NCBI GenBank assembly: GCA_030704615.1
Contig: CM060734.1
Location: forward strand, 18,724,001-18,788,000
Direction of reading: 5' to 3'
Origin: Takakia lepidozioides
Taxonomy: Eukaryota; Plantae; Bryophyta
Length of the DNA: 64,000 nt
Shown here: in pieces, positions 23,715 to 37,424 of the stretch
Numbering within the stretch: position 1 is the stretch's first letter
How the letters are laid out: every line of letters starts with the position of its first letter
The notes under the pieces: generated by a model
What the model was told of the DNA's origin: nothing
Seen by the model: only the letters and a program-made list of their open reading frames with translations
Database searches by the model: none
Position numbers and translations under genes: made by a program

Positions 23715-24582
23715 AGCAAGCTAGCAAGCTGTCTTACCGAGGCCTAGCTCAAAATTTCAGCATTCAGAAGCCCTATAGATGTTCTATAATATCTCGGGTA
23801 CCTTCAAGGATGCCTTACTCTCCATGCCCAATTAGCCAACATATTTTTGCTGGAGAAGATCTTACCTTACGAAGGACTCGCTTGCTTCACACCATGGTCG
23901 TGGCGGGAGAGGAGGCTGATATCTCGTGGCTTTGGCCTTCCCATTGCCTTGGGTTCATCACTTCAATCAGGAACATATTTGATAACCTTTTGTCATGCTC
24001 AGACCAAGGTGTTAGTAAATCAAACATAAAACTGAAAACTGAAGGGTAATGTGTACAAGAACCACCAAGTACACCAGTCTAAATCAGAGAGGGAAGATAC
24101 TTATGTCTCGTCGAGACATGGACAAAGACCTGACAAGGTCATTGTAAAATTAACGACAAATCAGCCTCATTATCAACCGTTCTTCATTCACAAGTCAGTT
24201 ATGACAAATCCCAGACTTCAAAGTCAATGAAGTCTTTGGGTGGGGGGGTGGGAAAAATTAGAGACTCAATTACCACTGTTCATAGCAGGAAACCGTTGTT
24301 CAGCATGCTAAAAAGTGCCATTCATGACATGCCATGTCATTCAGTCTGTATTTTTTGGTCAGCTTACATACCAAGGCATAACCAACCATCCTAATTTATT
24401 GTTGGCCCAAAAACTAGTATAGTTTTGGGTTCTTTGTATCATTGGACATACCAAAGTGACTGAGCAGTAAGTATCCATGTCCAAATAAAGATCCATTGAT
24501 CACTGTTCATGGCTGGAAATGTTTGTTCGTCTTAAAGAAGCCATTTATGATCATAGAAGGCTTAAGAACAAAATAAGAGCAC

Positions 24583-26068
24583 TTGAGAGCGCATTGGTTG
24601 AAATTGCACCCTGGGAAGTTCAAGTTCTTCCACGATCAGATAGAGTATCTGGGCCACATGATATACAATGGAGGATTGGGTGTTCAACAGACAAAGGTGG
24701 AGGCCATTGCACGCATTCCACACCCCATAGATGTGAGCAGAGTTCATGCTTTCATGGGGTTGACAAACTATTATCGAAGGTTTGTCAAGGGATTTAGCAG
24801 CATTGCAAATGCTCTTACCAAGCTGACCAAGGTGGGGCAGAAGTAGCAGTGGGAGGAGGAGCTAGAGGAAGCCTTTGAGGAACTCAAGACTCGATTGACT
24901 ACTGCACCTATTTTGAGGCGGTCTTTCCAGCTACATACGGATTGGAGTATGCTGGGGATTGGAGCAGTGCTCACACAAGTGGCTGAGGAGGGAAGAGAGT
25001 TCGTAGTGACATATGCTAGCCGCTCGAACAATGATGTTGAGACTAAATACAGCTCATATGAGGAGGAATGTGTAGTTGTCGTATGGGCAGTGACACATTT
25101 CAGATGCTACCTCTAAGGCAATCTCTTCACCCTTGTCTCGGATCACCAACCATTGAAGTGGTTGATGGAGTCGAACAAGCTTACAAGGAAGTTTGCACAC
25201 TGACACTTTTACTTCAAGAGTACAACTTTCAGGTGGTGCATCGAGCTGGTATAGTCAATCGAGATGCAGATGGATTGAGTCGTAATCCATGCACAAGCGA
25301 GCATGATGATACTGGAGCTCGGTGGATGATGAGACGGATGAGGAGATGGTGCCAGGATGGCATGCATATGCCTTTTTGTGCATTCTAGCAATGAGAGCTC
25401 AAGCTGGTCCATCCCATAGGATTGGTCATGTAGATGGTATGCATGACGATCCGGAGATCAGTGAGGAGCTTGGTGGTGCTAAGGATGTGCATGAAGATGC
25501 AACAGTGTTGGCCTACCTTCATACCGGAGAGACAATAGCCAGTGTGACTGCTAAGGAGAGAGATCGGATCCTACAACGGGCCAAGAGGTTCAAGTGGGAG
25601 GGGACTCACTTGCTCCACGTATGGAAGGATGGACAAGTGAGGATTGTGCCTCATCCAACACAACGAGCGCGATTGGTACGCCATGCCCATGAGGAGTTGG
25701 GACATTTTGGGGGTGCGGCGTACTCATAGTTTGCTGCAAGGGCAGTACTGGTGGTGGGGCATGCACACGGATGTGCAGCAGTTATTGGGAAGGTGCATGT
25801 TGTGTGATAGAGTGCGGGCTTTTTTAATGCACCTACTCCACAATTGCATCATTTATCTATTATGGGTTTGGGCTATCATGGAGTCTTGACTTCGCAGGTC
25901 CATTGCCACAAACGATTCGCCATAACAAGTATGTGCTGGTGATGGTGGAACACTTCTCCAAATGAATTGAACTGGTGGCATTGCCTGACAAGGCTAGTGA
26001 AGGGGCTGCGTATGCATTCTTGGATTGAGTTCTTAGCCGATTTGGTGCCCCAGCCGAGGTACTCACCA
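24583..26068 (+). pseudogene. Ty3/gypsy RT-RNase H-integrase fragment, same family as the 1-7220 element
   Basis: KLHPGK.KFFHDQIEYLGHMI, LHTDWSMLG, DADGLSRNPC, RHAHEELGHFG, DFAGP; many stops. Confidence 0.93.
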
Positions 26069-26410
26069 GAGGAGACAGTCGATTGTGGCATGGCTTTCTA
26101 GGAGTGTGTGCTTAGAATGTGTGGTGGACAGCGATGTATGTTGTGGCACGATGCTTAGGTGCACGACACGTATTATATAGGTTTACAAGTTAATGTCCGA
26201 TACCTAACTTGTCTCCTTGATTTATTTGTAATTTACATTGTTGTGAGATAATTGAACATTGCACATTTGCCTCCCTCCAAATACTCTATGCTCTGTGGAG
26301 ATATGACTTTTCCTTTCACCCTTCATAATACTTCTGAATTATGAGAGTGGTACGGTTTGGAGTTTTTGTCCTGTCTAGACCACCTCTGCTCACACCTTAT
26401 GGAGTATTTG

Positions 26411-26682
26411 TGTAGAAATCGTTGTATGGGAGGAACAAAAGCAGATTTTGTCATTCACGTAACTCCCCAATATATACAGTGGCGCCACAACTTTTGCTTT
26501 GACTGTTTATGGCCCCCACTATCTAAAGCTGTATGCACCATGAATACTACTACTATGTAACTCCCGTACTTCAGTGGATCTCTTTGTCCTAGTGGGGGTC
26601 GTCATGCTTCATCATTAGCATGTAACTAATCTAACCGTGGCCGGTCAATTACAATACCCCAAATGAATCTGATGTAATAACA
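26411..26682 (-). repeat. Copia 3' LTR
   Basis: TG..CA ends, adjacent PPT, similarity to 31095-31247. Confidence 0.9.
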
Positions 26683-29600
26683 CCTCCCCTCGATCTGAAT
26701 GTGGGTATTTAGAGCGTCCTTATTGATAATTGGCTTCATGGCGAAGGAACTGTCACTACTGAATATTTACAAGTCCTAATTGTTCTCAAAGCTTTTCAAA
26801 TGCATTCCCAGGGATTTCGTCAATATGTCAGCCAGTTGTTCCGCTGTAGGCACGTGATTCAATTCGATCTCCCCTGAATTGATCTTCTCTCTTACAAAAT
26901 GGTGCTTTACCTCAATGTGTTTTGTCCGTCCGTGATAAACTGGGTTTGTGCACCAAGTTGAGGCTTCCTTGGTTGTCACCGTAAATGGTCGTGGACTGTT
27001 TTGAATCTTGGATTCCGATTTCCCCTAGCAGCCTCCGCAGCCATACAGCCTACATGTACTCTGCTTCAGTCGATGAAAGCGCCTCTGTAGGCTGCTTCTT
27101 ACTGTTCCATGTGATCGGAGTGCTCCCGAGCATAAACACATATCATGTTGTCGATTTTCTGTTGTAACCATCGCCTGTCCAATCGACATCCGTAAATCCA
27201 AACAAATTGTCATCCTCCCCTCGCCGATACAACAAGGCAAAATCGATTGTACCTCGTAAGTACTTGAAGATGTGTTTCACTGCCTAAGCATGAGGTTCTT
27301 GCGGCTGGGACATGAATCTGCTCACATCACCGACTGAAAATGCTATGTCGATTCTAGTATGAGTAGGAAAATCAACTCGCCCACCATTCGTTGTTAGCGT
27401 GTTATATCTGCAGGTAGACCCTCCATGTCGGGAACAAGCTTGATAGGCAGTGGTGTGTGAGTAGGATTGCAGTCGGAAAATCCAAATTCCTTCAGCGTCT
27501 CCTTGATGTACCGTCTCTGAGTAACCATAATTCCCTCATCCACGAATATAAATTCTAGTCCAAGTGAGTATGACAGGAGACCTAAGTCTGACATCTCAAA
27601 CTCTTTTTGAATTACTTCTCGTATCAAAGCTATGCGTTCATCATGGTCGCCAGTAAGGTAGACATCATCAACATGAGAATGAGCAGAACAGTCTTCCATT
27701 TTTCTTCATAGAAATAAAGGTTGTAGTCTGCGTTCGACTTGAACAACCCTTGACTCTTGAGATAAACATTGATCTTACTGTACCAGGCTCTAGGTGCCTG
27801 TTTGAGGCCATAGAGTGTCTTTCTGAGTTTGCAGGCCTCACCTATGGAAGCTTCAAAGCCTGGAGGTGGTAAGACATAGATTTCTTCTAGAACTAGCGTT
27901 GAGGAATATTGTGGTCTTAACATCCAAGTGGAAGATTTTCCATCCCTTGTGTGCTGCCAGAGCTATCATGCTTCTCAAGGTGTTCCATTTCACCACAGGA
28001 GCAAAAGTTTCCGTGTAGTCCTGCCCTTCCTTATGTTGGAATCCCTTGGCTACCAGCCTCGCTTTAAGTTTTGCTGCCGATCCATCTGCATTTGTTTTTA
28101 CGCGGTATATCTACTTGGTGGCAATGGGCTTTTTGTCATGAGGCAGAGGAAATAATTCCCAAGTGTCGTTATTGTATATGGATTGAAGCTCATTGCAGTC
28201 CATTGCCTCCTTCCACCCAGGATGCAACATGGCCATCTTGTGATCCAAAGGCAAATTGATCAATGGGATTTCTTCAGCGGCATTAATGTGATCGTCTTGA
28301 AGTCTGGTGGGAATTGACTTACTCTGCCACTCCTGGTAACTGAGGTGGGTAGGTTTTGAGTTGCCAATCGTCCTCTTTGGTACGTCTTCAGCGGCACAAT
28401 GGGACGAGCAGGTGGATCGAGACTGATTGGTGGCTGAATGAGAAATTCTTCAGGGTTGATGGCGATTGATCCTACAGGACCGCTTTCCTCAATTATCCCT
28501 TCCGAAGAAACTTCCTCCGAGCGTTGAATCATATCGTGAGCGGGAGGCAGGAGTGTCACCTGAGATGCTTGGATTTCTCCCTCATGACCTAATTGTGCAG
28601 CGTCGAGAGGATGATCTCCTTCTTCATTTCCCTCAGTCATTAACCACTGAAATTCCTCTGGTGGCTTGGAGCCAAACTTGATGATCTCGGAGAATGGAAA
28701 AATGTTTTCATCAAACTTGATGTTCTTGGTTATAATTATATTTCTAGTCTCTCGATTATAGACTTTGAATCCCTTTGAGGTGGAGTCATAACCAAGAAAA
28801 GTGCACTCAATGGCTCGTGGAGCCCATTTTTCTCTGGCAGGTGAGGTATTTAGCACATACGTTTGACAACCAAAAACTCGAAGGTGCCTCACTGATGGTT
28901 TGGTCCCCGTGATCCTCTCGTATGGAGTATCCCCATTGTTGGCTCGAGTGGATGATCGGTTGATGAGGTAGTTTGCAGTGTTAACTGCTTCAGACCATAA
29001 GTGAGCAGGTAGATTGCTTTCAAAAGCCATGCTCCGTGCTCACTCCAGCAAGCTTTTGTTTTTCGCTCAGCTACTTCGTTTTGGTGTGGAGTGTGAGCTT
29101 GAGTTAGCTGCCTCACGATTCCGTTATCACTACAGAACTTGATAAACTCGTTTGAGGTGTATCCACCTCCCCTGTCTGAGCGTATGGCTTTGATTTTTGA
29201 GCCTTTCTGAAGTTCAACAGTAGCCTTAAATTGTTTGAACGTAGTCTGAGTCTCGCTTTTCTTCTTCAAAAAATAGAGCCAGGTATATCAACTGAAATCA
29301 TCAGTCATGGTGAGTATATACCTCGATCCAGAAGCTGATTTGGTGGAGAGAGGTCCACATAGGTCAGTGTGGATTAGGGCCAGGGGCTCCTCTGTCCGTC
29401 GAGCTCCATGCTTTGGGGCCCGCTCCCGCGCTTCTTTGCATGCATCGCAGATGTTTGCCCTTGCTCCCATTTTTGGCTTTCTACACTGTTTGCCAGTGTC
29501 GCATGCAATGCATAAATGGTCTGGTATTGTGATTTGAGGCATCCTTCGACCTTAGCATTTGAGGCCATCAACTGTAGGCTTTTGAAGTTGACATGTCCCA

Positions 29601-31094
29601 TTCTCTTGTGCCAGAGGAGTGCATTCTTTTCTGCTGTGTCCTCAATGCTTTCAGCAACATTTATTTCAGATTTTTTGGGTGGTCTGAAAATTTGTAAAGG
29701 CCATTGGACCTATCCCGTTGGCCGATTGTCACCACATGACGAGATTCTGGTTTAGGGAAGTTGTTTAGTATCCAGACTCTACTTGAATCAAAGAGAATTT
29801 TGTGTTTCTTATCAGCAATAGACCCTACTGAAAGCAAATTCTTAGTGATACCCGGTACATACATAACCTTCTCAAATTTTATTGCTCCAGCTTCAGTGGG
29901 AATCTTCACATTGCCCTTTCCCTTTACAACGAGAGCTTCTCCCCCAACAGTGTTGATGTTGGAGCTACCACCCTTCTCATATTACAGAGTAGGTTTTTCT
30001 AACCAGTGACATGCTTGGAGGCACCACTGTCTATGAACCATTCTGCATCAATCTTCTGATCAGCCAAATTCAACTCAGTTATATTGGCTGCTAGTTATGT
30101 GGTCTCAAAGAACTCCTCATCCTCATCGTCACTTGTAAAATTGTCTACAAGGCTAGCAACATTAACAGTTAATTTCTCCTTGCGGTTTGCCTTGCTCTTG
30201 GCCAGTTTGGTAGCTAGCTCAAGGCAATTGCGCATCTAGTGGTCCGCCTTGCCACAGTAGTGACACTCGCCCTTCTTCTTGTCACCCGTAGCACCCAATG
30301 CAGTTTTGCGGCTTGTCGGATTGCGCTTGTAATGCCCCTTGAACGAGCAGTGCTTCTCCATCCCCACGTTTCCCGTGCTCGACTTCACGTCTTATGTCGT
30401 CCTGCTTGAGAATAATCATCAGTTCTGCTACAGAGGGCATATCGTTGCAATACGATTGACGAGACCTTCGAAGGTCTCAGACAGGGCCATCAAAACATAT
30501 TCCATGATTTCGGAGTCGTTTGCAATTCTCCGATGCATGCTAGCTCGTTCAATAGCTCCTTCAACTTCGTAAGGAACTCGGTCATTGATCCAGGGTCTTC
30601 TTCGAACTTCAGATTGACCAGCCTCCTCCTGAGCAGCAGACGTCGTGAGTTCGTGTTGTTGGCAAACATCTCCTTCAAGATTGCCCAACAGTGGTGAGGT
30701 TCGGTGATATTGGCCAGATGTGGGATTATATTGTCTTTCACAGACAAAGCATTCATTGTTAGTGCCTTCTGTCTGCGCACTTTAGAGTCTTGAGAGCAGC
30801 CATCTCTTCATCCGAGGCTGGGTTCAATGTTCTTCGTGTAGGCTCCACCACCTCCCACAGGTCTTCACGTGTCAGCATGTTCTTGAGCTTGAAGCTCCAG
30901 ACACTGTAGTTCTAGGCTCCTTCTAGCTTGGAAGCATCCCCAACTGAAAACTCTCTGAAACTCATGGTGGTTTGAGATTGTGGAGCTAAGCTCGACACAA
31001 ATAGTCTACTTCTACTGTTCCACTGCTGCAGCTAAGTCTGACAGTTTCCACTAGTAACGAACTTGGCTGCACTGCTCACTCGCATCTGATACCA

Positions 31095-31247
31095 TGTAGA
31101 GATCGTTGTATAGGAGGAATAGAAGCAGCTTTTGTCCTTCACGTAACTCCCCAATTTATACAGTAGCCCCACAACTTTTGTTTTGATTGTTTATGCCCCC
31201 CACTATCTAAAGTTGTATGCACCATGAATACTACTGCTATGTAACTC
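31095..31247 (-). repeat. Copia 5' LTR (truncated)
   Basis: Matches the first ~150 nt of the 26411 LTR; PBS adjacent. Confidence 0.88.
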
Positions 31248-32166
31248 GTTCTATGTCTTAGACATCATGTCTGAAGCTCGCAAGGCTTGGCAAGTGTTAT
31301 GTGCAGCTTTTCCCAGAAGTACAGAAAGAAGGCGAATGTAGCTACTCACTAGTTTTGACAATTCTTGGGGTAAAGGCGGCTTCTTCCGTTCTAGAACCTC
31401 TGTATCAATGATTATCTGGCACGACAACTTCCTGGCATCTTGGGAGTTCAATTAGTTGGCGGCAATCACCGGCTGAGGTTGAGGAATTAGATGTCAATTG
31501 GAGATACAAACGTAGTTTTAGGAAAGGAAAATCTAAAACCCAATTGTCTTTCGAAACGTCCAAGCGTAAGAGGGGTAATTTCTAGTTCTTCTTACGCTTG
31601 ATGCTTGCTATTGAACCTTGTTTCCTTTAGCTCCTCTCAGGCCCTTCTCTCAAGATACTCCTAGCTATAGGCCAGTGTCCCTTTTCTCATCCTCCATGGA
31701 ATGTCATTCGAGGTTATTTTTTCCTCACCAATTCAATAAAATTCCGATGGCCCTTCCGATGGCCTTCTCTTCAAAATTTAAAAAAAATGAAAAGATGAGG
31801 GATAACCTAGCTACATAACACACCTTTGGGAGCTCCAAAAAAGTAATATTTGTTGCGAATCACAAGCAACTTGGAACAGCAGCAAGAGGGCAGATTTGCA
31901 AGTGCGCACAAGCAATGGGGCTTGGCCAAACTCAAATAGGCTTGAATAGGCGTGGCACAGTGGAGTGGGGCCATCATTTAGCTCCAAGGTCTGAAGTGAG
32001 GTGGCCCAATGGATTACCTAGGCTGGAGCAAGGTAGTGATTTACCCGTCAGGGATATACCTTTGAGCTAACACTTACCTGGGGGGTAGGGTAAATCCACA
32101 CCCTAACAATCCGGTTATGTATAGGGTAAGGGTAATTGTCTATTAATTACCCTCCGATTATATTAT

Positions 32167-33620
32167 AATGGCTTGTAAGCAAAAACACAGCAAAGGAAGG
32201 GGGGACTGAGGCTGTGGCTCTTGTTGATGGTCCACCTACGACATGGGTGCAACAAGGCCCGAATGGGCCATGGGTACAGTCCACAGGCGGGCAGACGTGG
32301 CTGCAGCAAGGACCGCCTACCCGGTAGCAGCCCATGGCCCCACCACCCACAACCAATTCGTGGTCATTGATTCCAGGTGGGTCCAATGTAGGAGCCCAAA
32401 GAGCATGGGTACAAGGAGCTGCCCAAACTTGGGCACCTCCTTGTCCCACTGCTGGTGGGCAGTGGGCAGGCCCCCCTTTTAATGGTGGTCCTCCTCCATT
32501 CACACCCCATCACGGTGATGATCACCATTCCACATAGTAAGGGGATGTGCATTCGCAGGCTGCAGACAAAAAAACGTGTAAAGAGGCAGGCCTCAAAGGC
32601 ACAGGAAACTAATGCCAAATCCCAAAAGGCCGCTGGGCTGAAGCCGCATAAGGTACATTTGAACTCTAAGGGGGAAGTAGACCAGGGTTGTGAGGGGAAG
32701 GATTACTGGCAGAGCTCCTTGCGGGGACTCTGCATCAGATGTCTTGATCCTAGCATTTTGCTAGCAGACAAGCAGGAACCCAGTGACATGGCCAAGGTTA
32801 AGGAAGCCATGGACGAGGATTTTGAGTACTATCCTGAACCTATGAATGTATCCAAGTTCCATGCATCATGTGGGAGGATTGTAAAAGTGTACCGCCAAAA
32901 GCTAAAGGTGGGGTGGAAGCTGGAGATTCATGCCCTCTGAGTTTAGAATCTGCCCATTGGGATGCATTGGTGAAGTACTGGAAGTCCCCCAAGGGCCAAA
33001 AAGAGAGTGAGAACATGAAGAGAGCGCGATCCAGTGTTACCAACCCATCGAAGGTTGGAAGAGCAGGGATGGCTGGACAGGCAAGGCGCTTGGTAATATG
33101 AATACCTGTACCATATCTATTAGTATATATGTATATGTCTATACATATTTACGTATGTACACGTCTTATGTACGTCTATGTGCATGCAGTAGGACAGTGG
33201 AGGTGCCCTGTGAGTTAGTTGCAAAGTGGTGGTACAGTCTTGACTCTGTAAAAGGGGAAACGATTTCATGAGTAGGGGCTTACTTTTTTTTGTTGTGGCA
33301 CTGGCAGAAGAAAGACAAAGCATGAAGTCCAAGCTTGACTGAGCTGGCACACGCTCAAAGCTGGACAAGGGATAGGGCTCCCAGTCATGTCATGACCTTG
33401 AGGTAAATGTCGTGCCCTTACCTTGTCAATACTTCGATTTGCTGCATCAGTATACAGACCATAACAAGCTCATTATCTCCATGTTGTTTGGGTCTGTAGG
33501 GAGGGGGAGTGCGATGCAAGCTCGACTATTGTGTCTTGAGGGCAGTATGCTTGCCTTGTCAGAAACCCAGATTTCGACGAATGAGGGGCACATTAGCCAC
33601 TATAAAAGTTGAAGTGGCTA
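32167..33620 (+). pseudogene. CACTA/En-Spm TnpA-like (Transposase_24-type) fragment
   Basis: HWDALVKYWKSPKGQKESENMKRARSSV matches the W..LV.YW.S...K.SE..K..R signature; frameshifted. Confidence 0.6.
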
Positions 33621-33633
33621 AGGCTTATGAGGA

Positions 33634-33790
33634 GGGGAATGCCTCCGCGTGAGCCGAGCCTGGCAGCGTGAGCACAGCCAGGTTCACGCCACGTCAGCAG
33701 TTCCCGTCACGTTGGTTCTCGCCAGCGTAGTTCACGCCACGTCATTCTCATAGGCACGAACCTATAAACACGGACAGAACAGCGTGAATG
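33634..33790 (+). mobile_element. Orphan terminus of the same MULE family
   Basis: GGGGAATGCCTCCGCGTGAGCC...CCTATAAACACGGACAGAA closely matches the reverse complement of 61140-61315. No partner end or TSD (ttatgagga) found. Confidence 0.8.
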
Positions 33791-34553
33791 GGCCCTATAG
33801 CCACGGACTTGAGCATTCGGCACATAGGGAACCATATTTGGGCGATGAGAAGACATGCAGAACAAAGGGTTCGAATGAATGTTGCTGAATGATTATGTTT
33901 GGAGAGAAATATAAGTGGGCATCGTGCAAGGCTACAGTGTGGTGTGAAAAGGACCGAACGCACGACCAAGTAACTCGCGGGAAATTCTCGAGGGGCATCG
34001 CGGGGACGGAGCTCCGCCCCTCTTGCCATTATCGTCGCCAAACCTAATAACCATGACTTATTTCTAGGGTTCCACTATATTTGTTATCCTTTATGTGTTA
34101 TCTTATATTTTCTCTTGCGGATCCGCCACTCTGCCCAGGTCTCTACTTTTAGCCATGGTCGCCGCCATGGCTCTTGCTCTCGTCTCTCATGCTGCTGCAA
34201 GGAGGTCTCCTCGTTCTCTCCGGCGCCCAGGCAACACGCCTTACAGGATTATCAAGGTGCTTATTTTTAGCTTCTTATTGATGCTTTCTGAGGGGTCTTT
34301 GCTCCCCAACTCTTCTCTCAAGAAGCTCGTGATCTACACCACTACCATCGGCTGCTCCGTGTGGAGCACAGCTTATCATATCTCTACCTGTCGGCCCTGC
34401 TACTCTCCCGCAGGCTACTGCTCCAACGCCACCCACCACAACCACCTCGGCTTAGTTTTGTTGTGCTGGCCGTGGTACTAAGGTGACTTCTTCCTCCCTC
34501 TCTAATGGCCGTGCTTCCAGTAATAACAGCCTATTGTGCTGCTGCACCCCATC

Positions 34554-35630
34554 CTATGCAGGAACTATGGAAACATCATCGTAAGGGTTCCTTGTGGCCA
34601 GTGGATCCGCCATTACAGTTGCGTCCCTTTTCTGTCTCTTGGACTGGTGCTGCCTCTCTACACCTTCTTCACCTTGTGAAGAGCCTTGCTCCTCAACTGC
34701 AGTTGTGGCTGCCTCAAACACTCCCATTACTTTGTGTTTTTGCGCATCAAGCAAGCAAGAATCAAAGATGATCTGTGCAATAATTGGGCCAGACACAATA
34801 ATTGGGGACTTGGCAGTAGTATTCTGTAATCGTTTTATCTCCTCCACCAGACCACTGTGCATCATCTCCGCCCAAGCTACATCCTCTCCTCTCAAAGCTT
34901 TCAGAACCTCCTCCGTAAAAGATCTGCTAAGATACTGTTGGTTCTGTTTCATGGCAAACAGAATGTTTAGTATCTGGCCAATCTCCCTCAACCCTGGATA
35001 CTCGGCTTTGGTGCAAGTGAATCCCTGGTTCCTGAAGAAATTCGTTTCTTGGAAAAGATCCCCTACTTGCAATCTTGCCCTGTGCTCATCCACGCTCACA
35101 TTACCAACTGGTAATTCAAAAAGCTGTTGCAAGTACTGCGGAGTAACTTGTATATCTACGCCCTTCACCTGGGTAACTCCCGTCTTTGGCTCAAAGTTCT
35201 TGATGAACTGGATCATCAATTCCCGATGATGCAAAGACCACTCTTTACCCAACAATCCCTCCAACCGCAATTCCTTCAGCAGCTGCACCGCCTGTGGTGT
35301 GGCGATTGTTTGTCTCTGTAAGATCATCGTGCGCTTCACTCGTAGATCCTCCATCTCTCTAATTCGCTTCATCCCGGACAAACAAGAAGGCCTTGTTGGA
35401 ATAACTGCAGGAAAGCTTGTAAACAGTAATGCGTATAGCATGAAAGTGTGATTAGCACAGAATGGAACAGACAAGTGGGTGTAAGCCTGCGGGGCTTGCA
35501 AATAGTGAGTGAGAGAGAAAGTATTTTCGACTTGTCCTTCCTTGCGCCACTGCGTAAGAAGTAGAGCTAGTGTATAGTCCGTGATATCCGCCATAGCTAC
35601 AAAGTTATACCTTTGAGTAGACGTGTACAC
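34554..35630 (-). CDS. Transposon-associated protein, putative plant transposon domain (Transposase_32-like); real start probably near 35372
   Basis: Open 358-aa frame; pattern FIKNF..VKGVDIQVTPQYLQQLFELP..GEDVAWAEMM..EEI is typical of TE accessory ORFs. Confidence 0.5.
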   Translation of the reverse strand: MYTSTQRYNFVAMADITDYTLALLLTQWRKEGQVENTFSLTHYLQAPQAYTHLSVPFCANHTFMLYALLFTSFPAVIPTRPSCLSGMKRIREMEDLRVKRTMILQRQTIATPQAVQLLKELRLEGLLGKEWSLHHRELMIQFIKNFEPKTGVTQVKGVDIQVTPQYLQQLFELPVGNVSVDEHRARLQVGDLFQETNFFRNQGFTCTKAEYPGLREIGQILNILFAMKQNQQYLSRSFTEEVLKALRGEDVAWAEMMHSGLVEEIKRLQNTTAKSPIIVSGPIIAQIIFDSCLLDAQKHKVMGVFEAATTAVEEQGSSQGEEGVERQHQSKRQKRDATVMADPLATRNPYDDVSIVPA

Positions 35631-36017
35631 CTAATACATGATCCGGTCAATGCACATTACTCTTGTTTGCCGGTCCCCTGTAGCCGATGCCTTATGTCAG
35701 ATTTAGATACCTTATGATAAGAATGAGTTCCATTTCTTTGGCTCAAATGTTTCTATGTTTCTCCTGGTTATGGCTTTGCTCTTTATAGCACCATAAAAAA
35801 TACCCAATTATGATATGCTGCTGGTAGATGTTTTGTCTGAATATAACCAGGTGGTAAACCCCTGCCAGACTTCATTACCTAAGTCCCAATACCTGCCCCC
35901 TTTGGTTTTGTACACATGTTTTACCCAAAACAAGGGGTGGGTAAACACTAAAAGTTTGATATAAGATTTCCCGATTGTTACTTTATGACAATCATTAGGG
36001 CGACTATCTCTTGTTCC

Positions 36018-36500
36018 CTATGGCATACTGATGTGACAATCGAGACACTGGTTATCCGGAATAACACCTATTCTTCCGCTCATAATCTTCTTAATTTCTT
36101 GTTCTTGTTTCTTGAATGGAGTCTCTTGCACAAAATTCACGTTGTTGATTGGCCGTTGCCTCATTAGGTAACTTCTCATTTTTATCCTAATCTGTTCACA
36201 TTCCATCTTGGAATGACCACTAGGACTGCATATGTGGCAAAGGTTCCCCTTTGCCGGACGCGTAAAGTGTTCCGTTACCTGTCATCTTGATGCATTAATG
36301 GGCTCATAATAAGTTTCGGCTGATGTACCGGGTAGGTACTTTGACGGCCCTGTTTGTCTTCTTGTGTGATGACGCTCGTTATTGCAGTACATGCAATGCG
36401 GAGTGTTTTGCTCCTTAGGCCACGTGTTTGAATTCAAACACTCTCCCGTCTCCCTCTATCCGCATGGCACATTCTCCGAGTTTGACTTCCAAACTATCTT
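36018..36500 (-). pseudogene. Retroelement gag-like fragment with a CCHC zinc knuckle
   Basis: CHICSPSGHSKMEC (CX2CX4HX4C) at about 36197-36240. Confidence 0.55.
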
Positions 36501-37424
36501 TACACTTACCGGCCATTTAACTGACGTTAACTCGTGTCCATTTGTCACTGCCCCTATGGACTGTGCAACATGTGTGGGCTGTGTTGCCTGTGTTGGGCTC
36601 TGACAGGCTGTGACAAGCTGTGGTAAGATGTGATATGCTGTATTAGACTGTGGTGGACTGTGATGGCTGTGTGAACACCTGAGCGTAGCTACGGCGTGAG
36701 CCCAGGAGCTCGGCTCACGCTTTGCCCATGCTTGCTAAGCGTGAGCCCAGGGTTTAGAGGAGGGAGAAGCAAGTCCTATAACCGAGGACAGGGTTTAGAG
36801 GGGGTCATATTATCGTGGAAGCATATATTTTAGAAGAATCTAGGTGAACATGGCAAAACTTCCAAACACGGCAAACATGGCAATATACGGCAAACACGAC
36901 ATATTGAGTCCCCTTTAGAAGCACGACGATCGACCCAATTCCCCTAGCCCTACATTAAGAAGCATTCGTGTCTTTTCCGAATCGACTGGGTGTCCGCCAA
37001 CCACTCCGGGAACCACTTGGCAGTAAGCGGGACTACAAGAGAGTTGAAACGGACAATGTGGGCCCACGGGGGCATTTCAGACGGTGGGCAGAAGTGGGGT
37101 CAACGACTCCGGAGTCGTAGCAAAAATCCAGGCTATTTAATTAATTACGTAAATACATAAAATTTGAAAAAACGGAAATTACAAGTGGTTCTAATTACTG
37201 CACATGCGACTAGAAATTAGGGTTCATAATTCGATTAATGGAATAAAGATATTTATTCATTAAAGTGAATATGTAGTCGACTCAATGACTCCATGAACCA
37301 TTGCGCATTGATTCCACCTGTGATTGGGGCCACATTTGCTGACGCGTGTTTCACAAGAACAGGCAAACAAAATCTGGCCTTGGGGGCTTGCATATTTTAA
37401 TATGTACTGCCTCCACCTAGAAGT

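Larger units (their letters stand above)
26411..31247 (-). mobile_element. Ty1/copia LTR retrotransposon, decayed (gag, protease, integrase, RT, RNase H)
   Basis: 3' LTR 26411-26682 (TG..CA), PPT 26683-26691, PBS TGGTATCAGA (initiator tRNA-Met) at 31085-31094, 5' LTR 31095-31247 (truncated). Motifs CHYCGKADH, IHTDLCGP, IRSDRGG, LYGLKQAPRAW, HVDD, RTKHIEVKHHF. Confidence 0.95.

Noticed and set aside
10249-33790. 10249 and 33634 as the two ends of one insertion
   Set aside because: Both termini point the same way and their flanks (ctcggggct vs ttatgagga) do not form a TSD.
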